DNA of 64,000 nucleotides from Candidatus Aminicenantes bacterium (GTDB lineage Bacteria; Acidobacteriota; Aminicenantia; UBA2199): NCBI GenBank assembly GCA_963764745.1, contig CAVXTN010000006.1, positions 1,652,313 to 1,716,312 of the forward strand, read 5' to 3'. Shown piece by piece: positions 60,686 to 64,000 of this stretch (position 1 is its first letter; each line of letters starts with the position of its first letter). The notes under the pieces were generated by a model. It saw only the letters and a program-made list of their open reading frames with translations, ran no database searches and was not told where the DNA came from. The position numbers and the translations under genes were made by a program.

Positions 60686-62597
60686 CGTGCCCCAGCTCCT
60701 GGACACGATCCACAACCCGGCCGACCTCCGACGGCTCTCGTACCCCCAGCTCGACGCGCTGTCGAGCGAGATCCGGGACGTTCGTGGTGCGAGGCGGTGT
60801 CCGCCACGGGCGGCCACCTCGGGTCCAACCTGGGCGCGGTCGAGCTCACGCTCGGCCTGCACCGGGTGTTCTCGTCGCCCGACGACATCCTGCTCTGGGA
60901 CACCGGCCACCAGGCCTACGTGCACAAGCTGCTCACCGGCCGCCAGGACGAGTTCGCCACGCTGCGCCAGGCCGGCGGCCTGTCGGGCTACCCGAACCGG
61001 CGCCGAGTCGCCGCACGACTGGATCGAGAACAGCCACGCCTCGACCAGCCTGAGCTACGCCCACGGCCTGTCGCTGGCCTCGAGCGGCACCAGCAGCACC
61101 GACCGGCACGTCGTCGCGGTCATCGGCGACGGCGCCATGACCGGCGGCATGGCCTACGAGGCGCTCAACAACCTCGGCCACAGCGGTCAGCGGGCCATCA
61201 TCGTCTTCAACGACAACGGCCGCTCCTACGCACCGACGGTGTCGAAGCTCACCGACAGCGTCGCCCGGCTGCGCCTCAACCCCGCGCTACCTGCGCCAGC
61301 GGGCCCGCCTGCAGAAGATGGTGCGCGAGGTGCCCGTGGTCGGCGATCACCTCGCCTGGGGCCTCGAGGGCGCGGTGGCCGGCCTCCGCGAGATGCTCGA
61401 GCCGCCGGTGTTCTTCGAGACGCTCGGGGTGCGCTACTCCGGCCCCTTCGACGGCCACGACCTCGAGGGCCTCGAGCGGGCGTTCCGCAACGCCGCCGAG
61501 TACGACGAGGGCCCGATCGTGGTCCACGTGCTCACGCAGAAGGGCCGCGGCTACCCGCCGGCCGAGCAGGACGACGAGCAGCGCCTGCACGACACCTCGG
61601 TGTTCGACCCCGAGACCGGGCCCCACCCACGCCACCGGCGGGCCCGCCCTCGTACACGGGGGCGTTCTCCGAGGCGATCATCAAGGAGGCCGAGACCCGG
61701 CCCGAGGTGGTGGCCATCACCGCCGCCATGCCCGGCTCCACCGGCCTGCTGCCGTTCGGCGAGCGCTTCCCCGACCGGCTGATCGACGTCGGCATCGCCG
61801 AGCAGCACGCGGTCACCGCCGCCACCGGCATGGCCATGGGCGGCCTGCGACCCGTGGTGGCGATCTACTCCACGTTCCTCACCCGGGCCTTCGACCAGTG
61901 CGAGTTCGACGTCGGGCCTGCACGGTGCTGCCGGTGGTCTTCGCCGTCGACCGGGCCGGCATCACCGGCGACAACGGTGCCTCGCACCACGGCGTGCTCG
62001 ACATGGTGCTGCTGTCGAAGGTCGCCGGGCATGACCGTGTTCGCGCCGTCGTCGTACCAGGAGCTGCAGCAGATGCTCCACGACGCGCTCGACGTCACCG
62101 ACGGCCCCGTCGCCATCCGCTGGCCCCGCACGGCCGCTCCCGTCGTCCCCGAGAACGAGGTCGGCCACGGGCTCTGCCGCCCGCGACGCGTGCGCGCCGA
62201 CGACACGGCCCGCGTGTGCCTCGTCGGCGTCGGCAAGATGCTGGCCGCGGCCACCGTCGCCGCCGAGCGGCTGGCCGCCGACGGCATCGCCTGCACGGTG
62301 TGGGACCCGCGGGTCGTGCAGCCGCTCGACCCCGCGCTGGTGGCCGACGCCGCGCGCCACGACCTGGTGGTCAGCATCGAGGACGGCCTGCGCGAGGGCG
62401 GCGTGGGCTCGCGGCTCGCCGACGAGGTGGCCGAACCGCCGCCATGGCGGCCGGCGCGGCTCGCCCGCCCTACGTGCGCGTCCTCGGCACACCCCAGCGC
62501 TTCCTCGCGCAGGGCAACGCCCGCGGCGATCTTGCACGACCTCGGCCTCGACGCCGACGGCCTCGAGGCCGAGGTGCGCCGGCTCGTCGGGCCCTGA
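60686..62597 (+). CDS. dxs: 1-deoxy-D-xylulose-5-phosphate synthase. At least six frameshifts.
   Basis: RBS AAGGAG plus [20 protein letters not shown]... and the TPP motif ...[20 protein letters not shown]... then ...[29 protein letters not shown]... and the C-terminal ...[10 protein letters not shown]... are spread across all three frames. Confidence 0.85.
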
Positions 62598-62614
62598 CCC
62601 GACCCGGGGTCAGG
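62590..62614. terminator. Shared hairpin spanning the convergent stop codons of dxs and the NifU-like gene. Candidate bidirectional terminator.
   Basis: CCTGACCC-GACCCG-GGGTCAGG forms an 8-bp stem. The dxs TGA is at 62595-62597 and the NifU-like stop at 62610-62612. Confidence 0.4.
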
Positions 62615-63228
62615 TGTAGAAGGGGTTCTCGCCGGCGTCGTGGTCGGTGGCGTCGACCACTTCGGTGACCTCGGGGATGTGCTCGCGGATGGTGCGGTCG
62701 ATGCCGTCGCGCAGGGTCATGGCGCTGACCGCGCAGCCCTGGCAGCCGCCGCCCATCTTCACGAAGACCCGGGTGCCCTCGACGCCGAGCACCTCGACGA
62801 AGCCGCCGTGCGCGTCGAGCGAGGGGTTGATCACCTTCTCGACGAGGAGCGTGACCTGCTCGGCGAGGTCGCCGGTGAGGTCGAGGTCGAGCCCGGCGAG
62901 CGGGTCGGGCTTGTTGGGGTTGCGCAGCACCAGGCCGCTCTGCCCCTCGGTCTCGGGCATGTCGAGCGTGGCGCCGCTGAGCGGCGTCGACGCTGCCGGC
63001 GGGGATGATGACCGTGAGCTCGCCCTGCGCGTACACCGAGTCGGTGGGCTCGGCGTTCTCGAGCGGCTCGAACGACAGGTCGTAGGCGTAGTCGGAGCCA
63101 CGGACGCCCGTGACCTCGATCCAGAGGCCGAGGCCCTCGGCGCCGTCCTCGGCGGCGCGCAGCCCGAGGATGGTCTCGACCGCACGATCGGTGACGGTGA
63201 GGACAGGGGTGACGACAGGAGCTTCCAT
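62610..63228 (-). CDS. NifU/Nfu-type Fe-S cluster assembly protein (N-terminal HesB/IscA-like domain plus C-terminal NifU domain). Frameshifted near 62990.
   Basis: ...[33 protein letters not shown]...YDLSFEP... (ORF 62470..63288). C-terminus ...[52 protein letters not shown]... (ORF 62610..63185). Confidence 0.7.
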
Positions 63229-63378
63229 CGCCCGCCAGGCTACCGCTGCGGTGCCGCGACCCCACGGCCGACAATTTTCAGAACGCAAATGTCAGGTATG
63301 GGTCGAAACGTGCCGATGGGACGTCATCGTGCGGTTCTCCCCGCCGGCCCTCCCACGACCCAGCTGAAGGAACGCAGC

Positions 63379-64000
63379 ATGCTCATCCTCGGTATCCGGA
63401 TCCGATGGCGAGTGCTCGACCAGGGCACCTTCTTCTGCCCGTCCTGTGGCGGCGATCGCAAGTACGCCCACAAGCAGGCCAGGCGCTGGTTCACGCTGTT
63501 CTTCGTGCCGCTCGTGCCGCTCAACGCGGTGGGCGACACCTACGAGTGCCACAGCTGCCACCGCACCTTCAACGAGCGCGTGCTGCACACCCCCACCACC
63601 TCCGACCTCGCGTCACGCCTGCAGTGGGCGATGCGCCTGTCGGTGTGCTCGATGGTGCTCGACGACGACCCGCACCACCAGCCGTCACGCCAGGCGGCCA
63701 TCGCCGCGGTGCGCAGCACCGGCGCCACGCACTACAGCGAGACCCACCTCGACGCCGACCTCCGCGCCATCGACCTCACCCAGCTCAGCGCCGCCGCCGA
63801 GCACCTCTCCGACGACTTCGAGCCGGCCGGCAAGGAGCACTACCTGCTCACGTCGGGGCGCGTCGCCCTCGCGAGCGGCCGGCTCAGCCCGACGAACCAC
63901 GCCACGCTCGAGCAGCTCGGGCGCTCCATCGGCCTCACGCCGGCGCACGTCCACGGCGTGCTGCACCAGCTCATCGCGGAAGCCGCGCCCCACCCCCTGG
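63379..64000 (+). CDS. Zinc-ribbon domain protein with a single TM helix. Partial: it runs off the window end.
   Basis: MLILGIRIRWRVLDQGTFFCPSCGGDRKYAHKQARRWFTLFFVPLVPLNAVGDTYECHSCHRTF... The ORF stays open to position 64000. Not in the ORF track. Confidence 0.5.
   Translation, partial: MLILGIRIRWRVLDQGTFFCPSCGGDRKYAHKQARRWFTLFFVPLVPLNAVGDTYECHSCHRTFNERVLHTPTTSDLASRLQWAMRLSVCSMVLDDDPHHQPSRQAAIAAVRSTGATHYSETHLDADLRAIDLTQLSAAAEHLSDDFEPAGKEHYLLTSGRVALASGRLSPTNHATLEQLGRSIGLTPAHVHGVLHQLIAEAAPHPL

Noticed and set aside
59216-62668. 1150-aa plus-strand ORF
   Set aside because: Read-through fusion of the permease, the intergenic region and out-of-frame dxs. The real genes are 59294..60576 and 60686..62597.

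Overview
This is a ~72% GC window that looks like an Actinomycetota (high-GC Gram-positive) chromosome. Genes are dense and mostly on the minus strand.

The first ~16 kb is a conserved housekeeping block. Its order resembles the Mycobacterium tuberculosis Rv1007c-Rv1018c neighbourhood: lipoprotein, prs, glmU, a tRNA, bS22, a VOC protein plus an ECF sigma factor, ispE, rsmA/ksgA, an RlpA-like protein in the RpfB position, tatD and metG. That is followed by rsmI, a WYL regulator, ychF and a candidate bL37 gene.

The remaining ~48 kb is a mixed region. It carries signalling genes: a Ser/Thr kinase with a zinc ribbon, a membrane GGDEF cyclase, a class III cyclase and a second ECF sigma/anti-sigma pair. 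It carries redox and F420-linked enzymes: an LLM oxidoreductase, a Ddn-like nitroreductase, a ferredoxin/ferredoxin-reductase/YhhN operon and a TetR-controlled diiron ferritin-like protein. Cell-wall enzymes (RipA-like NlpC/P60, GH3, SGNH hydrolase), pepN, the tldD/pmbA pair, moaC and galU are also present. So are lipid-modifying membrane proteins (an LPG-synthase transmembrane domain followed by PAP2), dxs and a NifU-like protein.

Three tRNAs are present: tRNA-Pro(TGG), tRNA-Ala(CGC), and one whose anticodon I read as UCG.

Two global observations:
- At least ~55 conserved genes are interrupted by single-base frameshifts. Most sit at homopolymer runs and they cluster in some genes (pepN, dxs, the ferritin-like gene). 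This points to an indel-rich draft assembly rather than real pseudogenes, so the supplied ORF track badly fragments or merges genes.
- Two families of ~50-nt near-perfect palindromic intergenic repeats occur (three plus two copies), mostly between gene ends. One AAA ATPase gene is bracketed by two copies plus a perfect 26-bp palindrome.

No CRISPR array, IS element, integrase or rRNA was found.
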